A stretch of DNA of 64,000 nt from Candidatus Aenigmatarchaeota archaeon (lineage in GTDB: Archaea; Aenigmatarchaeota; Aenigmatarchaeia; CG10238-14; SCSR01), in contig JAUWZS010000002.1 in NCBI GenBank assembly GCA_030615205.1, positions 131,212 to 195,211 of the forward strand, in the 5' to 3' direction. Positions within the stretch are counted from its first letter, which is position 1. Each line of letters opens with the position of its first letter. Both the position numbers and the translations under genes were made by a program. Below, one piece after another: positions 48,692 through 56,735 of this stretch. The notes under the pieces were generated by a model, which was not told the origin of the DNA, made no database searches, and saw only the letters and a program-made list of their open reading frames with translations.

Positions 48692-49318
48692 ATGAGTTTG
48701 TTTGTTGTTTTAGAGGGGCTTGATGGCTCAGGCGGAGAAACGCAGACCAAGCGCTTAGTAGAGTTTTTACACAGCCGCGGAAGAGCAGTAGAAGTCCTGA
48801 CTTATCCAAATCCAAAAAGTCCTTTTGGTAAAATAATATACGATTATCTGAACAAGAAAATCGAACTGTCGCCTGATGCGCAGATGTCCTTATACGCAAC
48901 TGACATGGCGCTCGACCGTGAAAAAATTAATGCAGCATTGCAACAAGGCAAAATAGTCATTGCAACCCGTTACTTTTTATCTACGCTTGCTTACCAGTGT
49001 GGTGCAAAAGGCGTTCCGCTTGAAAAAGCAGTAGAGTTTGCAAAAATGCTCAAGTTGCCAGTTCCCGACCTTGTTATATGTTTGGACATTTCGCCAGAAA
49101 CTTCAATCAAACGCAAGTTCGGTGAACATAAAAAATTGGACAGGCATGAAGAGAGCAAAGCTTTGTTGGCAAAAGTCAGAGAAGCCTATCGCAATCTTGC
49201 AAATAATAAAGTATTTGCAAAAGAATGGGTTGTTGTAGATAGTGAAAAAAGTATAGAAGCTGTTGCTGCAGAAGTGCAAAAAATCGTTTTGAGTAAATTG
49301 AAATTAGAGTCAAAATAA
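48692..49318 (+). CDS. tmk: thymidylate kinase family protein with non-canonical P-loop
   Basis: The overall Tmk pattern is present (VLEGLDGSG..TQ, RYFLSTLAYQ, PDLVICLD). However the P-loop reads GLDGSGGETQ instead of GxDGxGK(S/T)T, and TRY replaces DRY. Confidence 0.7.
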   Translation: MSLFVVLEGLDGSGGETQTKRLVEFLHSRGRAVEVLTYPNPKSPFGKIIYDYLNKKIELSPDAQMSLYATDMALDREKINAALQQGKIVIATRYFLSTLAYQCGAKGVPLEKAVEFAKMLKLPVPDLVICLDISPETSIKRKFGEHKKLDRHEESKALLAKVREAYRNLANNKVFAKEWVVVDSEKSIEAVAAEVQKIVLSKLKLESK

Positions 49319-49325
49319 GATAGAA

Positions 49326-49559
49326 TTATGCAATAATTTTGTAATATACTATACCATTCTCTTTATCAAAAATTCTAGAAATCTTTTCCTTCTTCGCAAG
49401 AAAGATTAAATGATCTCTGATGATTCTCAGATTAACTGTCCTCCCGACAGACTGGTTTACTCTGTAATTGATACCAAGAGTCGTCATTGAGCCTTTAGAT
49501 TCTCTTAATATCTTTAGAATCAACGGATCAACAAAATCATAGCCTGAAGTTCTTCCCAT
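49326..49559 (-). CDS. small winged-helix-like protein
   Basis: 77 aa. LILKILRESKGSMTTLGINYRVNQSVGRTVNLRIIRDHLIFL is wHTH-like. Confidence 0.45.
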   Translation of the reverse strand: MGRTSGYDFVDPLILKILRESKGSMTTLGINYRVNQSVGRTVNLRIIRDHLIFLAKKEKISRIFDKENGIVYYKIIA

Positions 49560-49637
49560 ATGTAATATTTGGTTTTCCTGCCATATAGTCGTAGTCGTGG
49601 TTCATGTATGTGCAAAATAGGGATTTGAACACCCAAA

Positions 49638-49687
49638 TATTCCTAACTCTTGAGAATTAAAAAAAGAAAAAAGAAAGGTAAAAGATT
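49638..49687. repeat. copy A of the 3-copy intergenic element (31-nt perfect core TCCTAACTCTTGAGAATTAAAAAAAGAAAAA)
   Basis: Directly abuts the stop (49688) of the minus-strand gene remnant. On the minus strand it reads as a pyrimidine/oligo-T tract followed by AATTCTCAAGAGTTAGGA. Confidence 0.9.
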
Positions 49688-49999
49688 TTATTCGTCAATT
49701 GGAGTTATTTTGCAAATATAGGAGCCACAAATCTCGATTAGATCAGTATCACTCAAGTAAGAGCTAGGCCAATTAACCCGTGTCCACCCATGAGCTAACT
49801 TTTGGTCTACTTTTTTAGTAGGTAAATCGGCTTCACGGAAACAGTTGTAATGATTACCTGCATACCAGTCTTGCAAATGTGATGGACACTCAAATTCATT
49901 TGCAGTTACTAAAACAGTAGCTGCCCCACTACCATACGTATCTACATGTGGATTAGTTGTCGTTGGTATTGCTAATGCAATTAGTTAAAAGTCCCTCAT
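49688..49999 (-). pseudogene. small secreted-protein gene interrupted by an in-frame TAA at codon 5
   Basis: ATG(49999) AGG GAC TTT TAA(49987-49985) continues in frame as LIALAIPTTTNPHVDTYGSG...CPSHLQDWYAGNHYNCF... to the stop at 49688. No ATG or GTG follows the TAA; the only alternative start is the TTG at 49876. Confidence 0.5.
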
Positions 50000-50160
50000 T
50001 TAACACCTACTTTCAAGTCCCGACCATTTAACAGAACCTTAAATCAGAGGGTTTTTAAATGATGAAATGCTTATTAGAATATTGGAAATGTTTAAAAGGG
50101 TTTCGAAGAAAGAGTAAGTTTTAGAATTAATATTGTAGAACTATTATTTAAGAAATAAAA

Positions 50161-50865
50161 ATGGTGAAAGAAGGGGGGAAAATGGTAACTAAAGAGGAAG
50201 CTATTAAAGCGGTCCCATCATATATAGTACCTCCCGAATGTTTTATTTGGAATTGGACGGGAGCAAAAGATGGGTGGGGCGTCATTCCAGGCACTGGCTG
50301 TGCCCACTATGTGGCACATGAACATAATCCTAATATTAATCTCACGTCCCATAATACTAAACACAAGTGTTATTACTGTAAAAAATCTCAAAAAACTATA
50401 GGTAATCATAATGGAGGACGTGCAATCCGAGTTACACAAGTTAGAGCGTGGGCCAGGATTCACTATAAGAAGCCTAAACCCCTTAAGGAGGTATGCAAAA
50501 ATGATATATGGCTTAGGATAAGGGGAAAAAGCAGTCATAGTGGAATTGTGGAATCGGTAACATATGAAAAAAGTAAGCAGAAAATTGAGATTAGACATTG
50601 TAAGAAATCTGCAGGCGGCGTTACACACGATATACATGGTACTAACGGTGTTAAAGGTGGATTGTTTTATGGTCCTCCTAAGCCTCCACTTAAGTCTAAG
50701 TTCTTAGGTAATAAAAACACGACAGAAGTACACAACCTCAATAATGAACAAACAAATTGTCAGATAAATGAAATAAAAGATAGCAAGAAATTTGAGTCGT
50801 TGAAAGAAGCACATGACGAGGGATATGATAACTGTCATTATTGCTTAGGGGATTCAAAAAGATAG
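50161..50865 (+). CDS. Cys/His papain-fold (CHAP/NlpC-like) domain fused to an Ada-like zinc motif, paralogue 1
   Basis: GTGCAHYVAHE (putative nucleophile), SSHSGIVESV (putative His), C-terminal HNLNNEQTNCQINEIK...FESLKEAHDEGYDNCHYC. The ATG at 50182 is preceded by GAAGGGGGGAAA and may be the true start. Confidence 0.6.
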   Translation: MVKEGGKMVTKEEAIKAVPSYIVPPECFIWNWTGAKDGWGVIPGTGCAHYVAHEHNPNINLTSHNTKHKCYYCKKSQKTIGNHNGGRAIRVTQVRAWARIHYKKPKPLKEVCKNDIWLRIRGKSSHSGIVESVTYEKSKQKIEIRHCKKSAGGVTHDIHGTNGVKGGLFYGPPKPPLKSKFLGNKNTTEVHNLNNEQTNCQINEIKDSKKFESLKEAHDEGYDNCHYCLGDSKR

Positions 50866-50898
50866 AGATATTAAGTTTTATTTTAAAATATATGGTTC

Positions 50899-51201
50899 TT
50901 ATTCAACCAGGTCATCAAGATAACCACTTAGACTTGCCTTCATGCTTACATCATTATCTAGTTCTCTAAGGGAATCTTGTTTGGCTTTTATGAGTCTGGG
51001 CGACATTAGTGGATTGGCTAATGACCTGTACAAAGTCTTGTGGCCGACTTTGGTTTTAGTGTGGTCTATGACACTCATCAAATTCTCTACTTCTATAAGC
51101 CTCCAGGAAAGATCGTCCATGGTTCTATCCGGCATTTTTTCTTTGAGTTCTGAGTAATTCAGCTCTACTTCCAAGCTTCCATAATGAGTATAGTTAAACA
51201 A
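50899..51201 (-). pseudogene. 100-codon fragment of a MutS-family protein (core-domain start only)
   Basis: IDHTKTKVGHKTLYRSLANPLMSPRLIKAKQDSLREL matches the MutS pattern LD.T.T..G.R.L.RWL..P......I..RQ..I..L. The ORF stops after 100 codons and no ATPase domain follows. Confidence 0.55.
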
Positions 51202-51270
51202 AGTATCAAAGATTCTCGGATATGTGAGTTATGCTAAAATACTCAAATTCTCTGCCAAGAAAAGTGAATG

Positions 51271-51320
51271 TATTCCTAACTCTTGAGAATTAAAAAAAGA
51301 AAAAGAGGGAGAAAGTTTTT
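51271..51320. repeat. copy B of the 3-copy intergenic element
   Basis: TATTCCTAACTCTTGAGAATTAAAAAAAGAAAAAGAGGGAGAAAG, lying about 30 nt 3' of the stop of minus-strand gene 51352..51825. Confidence 0.9.
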
Positions 51321-51351
51321 GATTCTTAGAAAGAAGACAATACTAAAAACA

Positions 51352-51825
51352 TCAAAATGATTCAAACTTCCTTTTTAGGGTTTCAAGAGCCTTTTCATAA
51401 TCTATTAAAATTCTGAAGATAAAAATAAGGGCAGGCGACACCAAATACATAATTATTAATAAGTTTTTAAAAATAGATGAAAGAAAATATATACAAAGAG
51501 AACAATAAAAAGAAACAAGCGTAAATGCAGAAATATAATATAACGCCAAAACTATTTCATCCATTTGCTTTTTTAGGTTTTTTGATTTTGCTTTTCTTGA
51601 TGAATAACCCTTTTCATTAAAGAAATAGTCGACTACACCAAAAACGAATATTGGAAAAGAATAAAATATCGAGACCAGCATTAGTTTACCAAATTCCAAA
51701 TTAAGAAACTTTTCATATTCGCTTAAGTATAAATAACCAACACCAGGAATTGTTAATGCTAAAAATAGAAACAGATATGAAAGAATCTGATATCCTTTTA
51801 ATTTTTCCAAATTTGGTATTACCAT
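51352..51825 (-). CDS. polytopic membrane protein
   Basis: Start moved to MVIPNLEKLKG (ATG 51825). About 4 hydrophobic helices; very AT-rich. Confidence 0.5.
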   Translation of the reverse strand: MVIPNLEKLKGYQILSYLFLFLALTIPGVGYLYLSEYEKFLNLEFGKLMLVSIFYSFPIFVFGVVDYFFNEKGYSSRKAKSKNLKKQMDEIVLALYYISAFTLVSFYCSLCIYFLSSIFKNLLIIMYLVSPALIFIFRILIDYEKALETLKRKFESF

Positions 51826-51889
51826 ATAAAAATAGAATGAGTAGGTTAACTTATAACTCTTTTTAGGATATAAACTAATTGGGGATAAA

Positions 51890-52123
51890 ATGGTCAAAAA
51901 GTCTAAACATGAAATCAAAATTCTAAGAGATTATGCTCTTGGAGGTCTTGCTATCATTACAGCAATCTTCTTAGCTACCTGGCAAGAAATTATGAAAATT
52001 CTTAAACCTAACCTAATATCACTTTTGATTACTTTAGCAGGAACAACATTTGTATTCTTCTTTCTTTTGTATGTATATTTTAATCCTGAGAGATTTCTAC
52101 GTGGTAAAAAACCTAAAAAATAA
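51890..52123 (+). CDS. small two-TM membrane protein
   Basis: 77 aa. LGGLAIITAIFLATW and LLITLAGTTFVFFFLLYVYF. Confidence 0.45.
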   Translation: MVKKSKHEIKILRDYALGGLAIITAIFLATWQEIMKILKPNLISLLITLAGTTFVFFFLLYVYFNPERFLRGKKPKK

Positions 52124-52156
52124 ATCTTAATTTTTTATGAAAGTTCCTAATCTCTA

Positions 52157-52699
52157 TTAAGATGCCGAAACATAATACTCTTTATGATATTCCCGTTCGA
52201 TTGGGATAAATTTCAATTTCTTTTTATCTAGAATTAAAATATATGAACAAAATTTGTGTCCAATTTTTTGACGTAAAATTTTTAATTTTTCTCTTTCTTT
52301 TTCTATTACTTTAGGAAATGTTCTGTTTGTCCAAGAGTATTTTTTTCTCCTTAATTTTATTTCTATCACAGCATTAGGCTTTTCAAACGCGTATGCTTTT
52401 GAAGGTAATCTAAAAATACGAGAACCTTTAACTTTTAGCGTAGAAACGTCAATTACCACAATATCAGACCTTAGGTTTAAACTTGCATCGCTTCCATACC
52501 ATCTAACTTCACAATGTAGAGGTATAGACTTTTCTCCATCTTTAGTTGCTTCAATTTTACCAAAATCCTCGAGTAATAAGTGGTAGAGATAACTCCTCAC
52601 GTCTGCTTCTGTAAGAAATTTATCTGGATGCTTTTTGAACTCGTCTATTAATTTACCTATTTCCTTTTCAATTGATTTGTTTAAAACAGATTGAATCAT
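52157..52699 (-). CDS. PD-(D/E)xK (restriction-endonuclease-fold) nuclease-like protein
   Basis: Ordered core motifs TEADVRSYLYH ... SDIVVIDVS ... NAVIEIKL (E ... D ... ExK). Confidence 0.5.
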   Translation of the reverse strand: MIQSVLNKSIEKEIGKLIDEFKKHPDKFLTEADVRSYLYHLLLEDFGKIEATKDGEKSIPLHCEVRWYGSDASLNLRSDIVVIDVSTLKVKGSRIFRLPSKAYAFEKPNAVIEIKLRRKKYSWTNRTFPKVIEKEREKLKILRQKIGHKFCSYILILDKKKLKFIPIEREYHKEYYVSAS

Positions 52700-52840
52700 A
52701 ATTCCAATTTTAAAATTTAAAGATTTATAGAAAGAAAAGTGTAATTGTGCGTATATGAAAAGAAACTCGCTGTTTTTTATAGTGTGTTTAATGAAGTCTG
52801 TTTTTATTAAAGTTTTAAATTAAGACATATTTAGAAGAAT

Positions 52841-53443
52841 ATGGCAAGATGTAGTAAAAAACTGAAAAAAGAAGTATCAATTAAAATAGCTAGAGATAGC
52901 CTCGATAATGCAAAAAGCTATTTGGAAGATTCGAAGAAGATATTAAATTCTAATCCGGGACATGCTTATGCATTAGGCGTTTTGGGTATAGAAGAACTCC
53001 AAAAGGCTACCATTTTTTATGTACTGCCACGATCGACTGATTTTCCCATGAAACTTGATAAATCTCTCAAGAGTCTTTTTAAAAATCACAAAGCAAAACA
53101 ATTTGGTCAGGAACTAACATCATCAAATAGAATCTTTTTAGAGCTTTGGGATAAATATTTTAAACGTACGGGAGTTAAGCCTATTGATTTAATGAAAGAA
53201 CTTATAAAAAATCCATCAGACAAGAAATTTAAAAAAATAAAAGAAAAAGTAAATAAAAAATTGAAAGTTTATGAAAATATTGAGAATTATAAAAAAATAG
53301 GCATGTACGTTGACTTTATTAATGGAAAAGTTGTTGGTCCTAAAGATATTAATAAAAAATTAGCAAAAAAACTCATAAAGCATTTAGAGGAAGAGATTAA
53401 TTACACTGAACGTCTTTTCGATTCTATAAATAAATTTTTATAA
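52841..53443 (+). CDS. AbiV-like abortive-infection protein (HEPN superfamily)
   Basis: SLDNAKSYLEDSKKILNSNPGHAYALGVLGIEELQKATIFY and the downstream FKNHKAKQF match the AbiV-family pattern as I remember it. Confidence 0.55.
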   Translation: MARCSKKLKKEVSIKIARDSLDNAKSYLEDSKKILNSNPGHAYALGVLGIEELQKATIFYVLPRSTDFPMKLDKSLKSLFKNHKAKQFGQELTSSNRIFLELWDKYFKRTGVKPIDLMKELIKNPSDKKFKKIKEKVNKKLKVYENIENYKKIGMYVDFINGKVVGPKDINKKLAKKLIKHLEEEINYTERLFDSINKFL

Positions 53444-53486
53444 GCTTCCTCCCCACTAAAAATAAATAGAAAGAATAGGTTAAAAT

Positions 53487-53660
53487 ATGAAATGGGAAAA
53501 ACAAAAACAAATCAAAAAGGAAATAAATGAACTATTGCCGAGATTTCCAGAAGGAAATGCTAAAAATTATCGAAGGGTGCTCTATTTCCGTTTACGCTTG
53601 GAAGGCAAGACGAAAGAAGAAGCTTTAGAAGAATTGAGAAAGAGGAAACTCTACCCTTGA
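53487..53660 (+). CDS. possible 57-aa basic protein downstream of the AbiV-like gene
   Basis: Hand translation MKWEKQKQIKKEINELLPRFPEGNAKNYRRVLYFRLRLEGKTKEEALEELRKRKLYP. Purine-rich AATAGGT lies upstream. Below the ORF-track cut-off. Confidence 0.3.
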   Translation: MKWEKQKQIKKEINELLPRFPEGNAKNYRRVLYFRLRLEGKTKEEALEELRKRKLYP

Positions 53661-53712
53661 TAAAAATGGTAAGCCATTTAAGATTTACAAAAAATAAGAG
53701 AAAAATTATGAA

Positions 53713-54831
53713 TTAATATTTCTTCTCTATTATGAAAAATAACATATTTAGAATGCTCTGAACAATTTTAGGGAATTCTTTATAAATCGTTTCTCGTTCT
53801 TCTATCTTATGTCCACCAAAATTTCTCAGACAATATGTTAATGCAACGTCAAATTCGATTGCAATAGGATTGGTTACGAATCCTGTATCTGAATAAGTAT
53901 GGTTTGTTAATTTAGTTATTGTATTTTTAAAATTTCTATCTCTTTCTCCATTAAGAAAGTCTAAATTTTCCTTTTTGAGACTCAGATTAATGTCTTCACA
54001 AAAGAAGAGAGTATAATAAAATAAAGTGGGGGTTCGCCTAAGGCCATATCTAGCTTTTACCGAATCTTCTAGATATATGTTCTTTAACAATACCTCCACT
54101 AATTTACACAATTCAAATATTAAAGTTGTCTCCATGTACGAAGCAATAGTATTTTCTCGTATTCTAGGTTCAATTTCATTGATTATTTTTTTTAACTTAT
54201 AGATAGAATAAACGAAAAATAAAGCTTCTTTATAATAGGAACTTTTCTTCAAAAACTTAGTCCTTAATAAATCAATATCAAGAGAGGTTTGATTGATGGT
54301 CCTGTAACATTCTAATCTCTCATTAAGAAAATTTACAGTTTCAACAACTTTTTGTCTAAAGAATTGTTCTTTTACCCCATGTTCCAAAAGTATAAAACAT
54401 TCTGCAGGTGTAGGTTTATCTGTACCAACCCTGCCTAATCTTTTATCTTCTTGATATGCCTGATGCATTAATAATAATCCTTTTTCTATATCTCCTTTTA
54501 GAATGGACACTGTACCATAAAAATAATAAGGTGTGCCTTTGTGAATTTTATCTGGTTTATTTTTATCTTCCCATTCATGGACTAAAGAGAGTATTTTATC
54601 AAAAACTAAATCACAAAGTTGGATAGGTTTTAAAGTATAATCTGGATTTAACCAGAATGAAGTAAAATTTTCAAATAAATGGTCGTGAATTTCATAGCTG
54701 TCATTTTTGTGTTTTGTAAGAAAATCGAATAAGGCCTGTTTAAAAGATAAGTCTAATATAAATTTTCCATTTCGAAAAAAGATTAATGCTTTTTCAAATT
54801 CGTCGTCTATGGGTTCGTTAAATCTATGCAT
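53713..54831 (-). CDS. hypothetical protein with C-terminal HEPN-type Rx4H motif
   Basis: VALTYCLRNFGGHKIEE, with the His codon at 53809-53811. Sequence looks all-helical. No other motif recognised. Confidence 0.5.
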   Translation of the reverse strand: MHRFNEPIDDEFEKALIFFRNGKFILDLSFKQALFDFLTKHKNDSYEIHDHLFENFTSFWLNPDYTLKPIQLCDLVFDKILSLVHEWEDKNKPDKIHKGTPYYFYGTVSILKGDIEKGLLLMHQAYQEDKRLGRVGTDKPTPAECFILLEHGVKEQFFRQKVVETVNFLNERLECYRTINQTSLDIDLLRTKFLKKSSYYKEALFFVYSIYKLKKIINEIEPRIRENTIASYMETTLIFELCKLVEVLLKNIYLEDSVKARYGLRRTPTLFYYTLFFCEDINLSLKKENLDFLNGERDRNFKNTITKLTNHTYSDTGFVTNPIAIEFDVALTYCLRNFGGHKIEERETIYKEFPKIVQSILNMLFFIIEKKY

Positions 54832-55178
54832 ACTAGAGAATAGTCGATTATGATATTAAAAACTTTCTTATTCTCTTCAGCTTAAAAATGGCTCTTATAG
54901 TAAAGGCATTTTATAGGGTACCTATAATTTGAATCAAAATTTGTATAAGGGTTAACAAAATCGCAAGAAAAGCCGTTACTATAGTAACAGCTTCGGGTCT
55001 TGTAAAAATGGTAAACCCTTTTTCATTCCACACACCTAAATGATTACCCACTTTCTATGTTTAAATATTTTATTTTCCATTGTTTAACTTTCTCTGAATT
55101 TTTTTCAAAACAACAAAGATTCTTTTTATTTCTATAATTATATATGATATACAGAAGATTCCAGTCGTCTGTTAATAC

Positions 55179-55823
55179 CTATAAAAAGCCTATAGGTTCG
55201 TAATTCATCCCTGCCTTTACCTTTGTTCTTTCTTTGAAAACATTCAAATTTTTAACAATTTCTTTTGATTCTTCTTTGAAGAAATACGAAAATAAAAATT
55301 CTAATAAATTTAGAATTTGATAATCGATTGTATAAGTACCGTATTGATGAAATTCTAGATGAACCAAATTATTTCTCTTTATTCGAATCCATTCAAAAAC
55401 TTCTTTAATTCTTTTGATTTGTTTTGGTGATAATGTTTTTGGAAGGAACTCTAGTAATTTATTGCTACATTTCTTAAAAGAGAACTTTCTGTTTTCAATG
55501 CTATCTATAAAATATTTATAATCTTCTTTCAAAATTATGGCTTTCAATAGTATTTCTGTCCCTATCCCAATAAGAATTCCTTTAATTTCGGGTTTAGATT
55601 CTCCGAAAAACCATGTTCCAAAACCAGTGCCTTCGTATGCATAAATAATAAGATTCTCAGCTCGTTTCATTAGTATTTCATGTGGTGAGTTTTTTAGACC
55701 AGTGTCTTTCTCTCTCTTGCTCTCTGGAGATGTATAATATTTTTTAATTCTTTCAATTCCTTTTTTATGATAGGTTTTCAAATCTTTTATGTCGTTTTCC
55801 AACTTTGAATATCTTTGAGGCAT
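55179..55823 (-). CDS. HEPN-like protein (Rx4H)
   Basis: GIGTEILLKAIILKE (N-terminal HEPN-like helix) and WIRIKRNNLVHLE (RNxxxH). Confidence 0.5.
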   Translation of the reverse strand: MPQRYSKLENDIKDLKTYHKKGIERIKKYYTSPESKREKDTGLKNSPHEILMKRAENLIIYAYEGTGFGTWFFGESKPEIKGILIGIGTEILLKAIILKEDYKYFIDSIENRKFSFKKCSNKLLEFLPKTLSPKQIKRIKEVFEWIRIKRNNLVHLEFHQYGTYTIDYQILNLLEFLFSYFFKEESKEIVKNLNVFKERTKVKAGMNYEPIGFL

Positions 55824-55915
55824 ATATAAAACTTTATTGTCAAGTTTTTAAATTTTCTTAAAACTTCATTTAAAATGCTTAAATTCGGGTAAAAACTGAG
55901 TTTTAATTGAAAAGT

Positions 55916-56638
55916 ATGAATGAAATAAAAAGATTACAAAAATTTATGGAAAAACTTAACGAGGTAGTTCGACCATCAATGTTGTTTCATTCACAATGGC
56001 AACTTAGAATTATTGATGAGATAACTAAATCTCAAGCTTTTGTAAAAGAATTGAGAGAATTTCATACACCAACCCATAAAAAATTTAGAAAAGAGTGGGG
56101 GTGGTTAGTAGGTAAACGCCCATTTAGGGTTGGGAACTACTGGTATTCTTATTATAAAAAACGGGGGAATAACAAGTTTAGAGATGCTCTTTGCCGGTGG
56201 TTTTCGAGCAAAAGAAATCAGAATTATTTATTAAATGAGATGAATACTGTTTTTCCAGAAAAAAGAATTGAGATAATAAAAGAGGGTTTCAAATACCATA
56301 GAGATAAAAGATACTCAATATCGATACCATTATTACTTCCTCAAGTCGAAGGGGTTCTTTGGGATTTAGGTGCTAAGAAGGGTAAAGTCAGGAAAGCATA
56401 CAATTCAAGGGAAAAAAAATCAGGTGGTGAATGGGAATTGCCCGAATTATCTAAAGAAATTTTTCCAAATGACAAGTTTCATAAAATCATAGTTCGTGAA
56501 ATCTATTCTGAAAAATTTAGACATCCAGTATTACATGGCCGGAATATCCATAAAGGTAAAGAGAAAGAGATATCTCGATGGAGATCTACACTTTTAATTC
56601 TTACACTTTGGAGATTATCGGATGAATTTAAAAGCTAG
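55916..56638 (+). CDS. HEPN-like protein (Rx4H-G)
   Basis: IPLLLPQVEGVLWDL ... EKFRHPVLHGRN ... RSTLLILTLWRL. ATG at 55916 lies inside the TTG-initiated ORF. Confidence 0.45.
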   Translation: MNEIKRLQKFMEKLNEVVRPSMLFHSQWQLRIIDEITKSQAFVKELREFHTPTHKKFRKEWGWLVGKRPFRVGNYWYSYYKKRGNNKFRDALCRWFSSKRNQNYLLNEMNTVFPEKRIEIIKEGFKYHRDKRYSISIPLLLPQVEGVLWDLGAKKGKVRKAYNSREKKSGGEWELPELSKEIFPNDKFHKIIVREIYSEKFRHPVLHGRNIHKGKEKEISRWRSTLLILTLWRLSDEFKS

Positions 56639-56687
56639 AAATATAATCCATTTTAATACTTCCCACTCCGAGCATTAAAGCACTCCA

Positions 56688-56735
56688 TACTCCTAACTCT
56701 TGAGAATTAAAAAAAGAAAAAGAAAGGAAAAGATT
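56688..56735. repeat. copy C of the 3-copy intergenic element
   Basis: TACTCCTAACTCTTGAGAATTAAAAAAAGAAAAAGAAAGGAAAAGATTA, directly abutting the stop (56734) of minus-strand gene 56734..57252. Confidence 0.9.

Noticed and set aside
49621-49640. GGGATTTGAACACCC next to repeat copy A looks like the reverse complement of a tRNA T-arm, which would suggest an integrase att site.
   Set aside because: The stem does not pair properly (an extra TG). The other two repeat copies lack it. No integrase gene or full tRNA is nearby.
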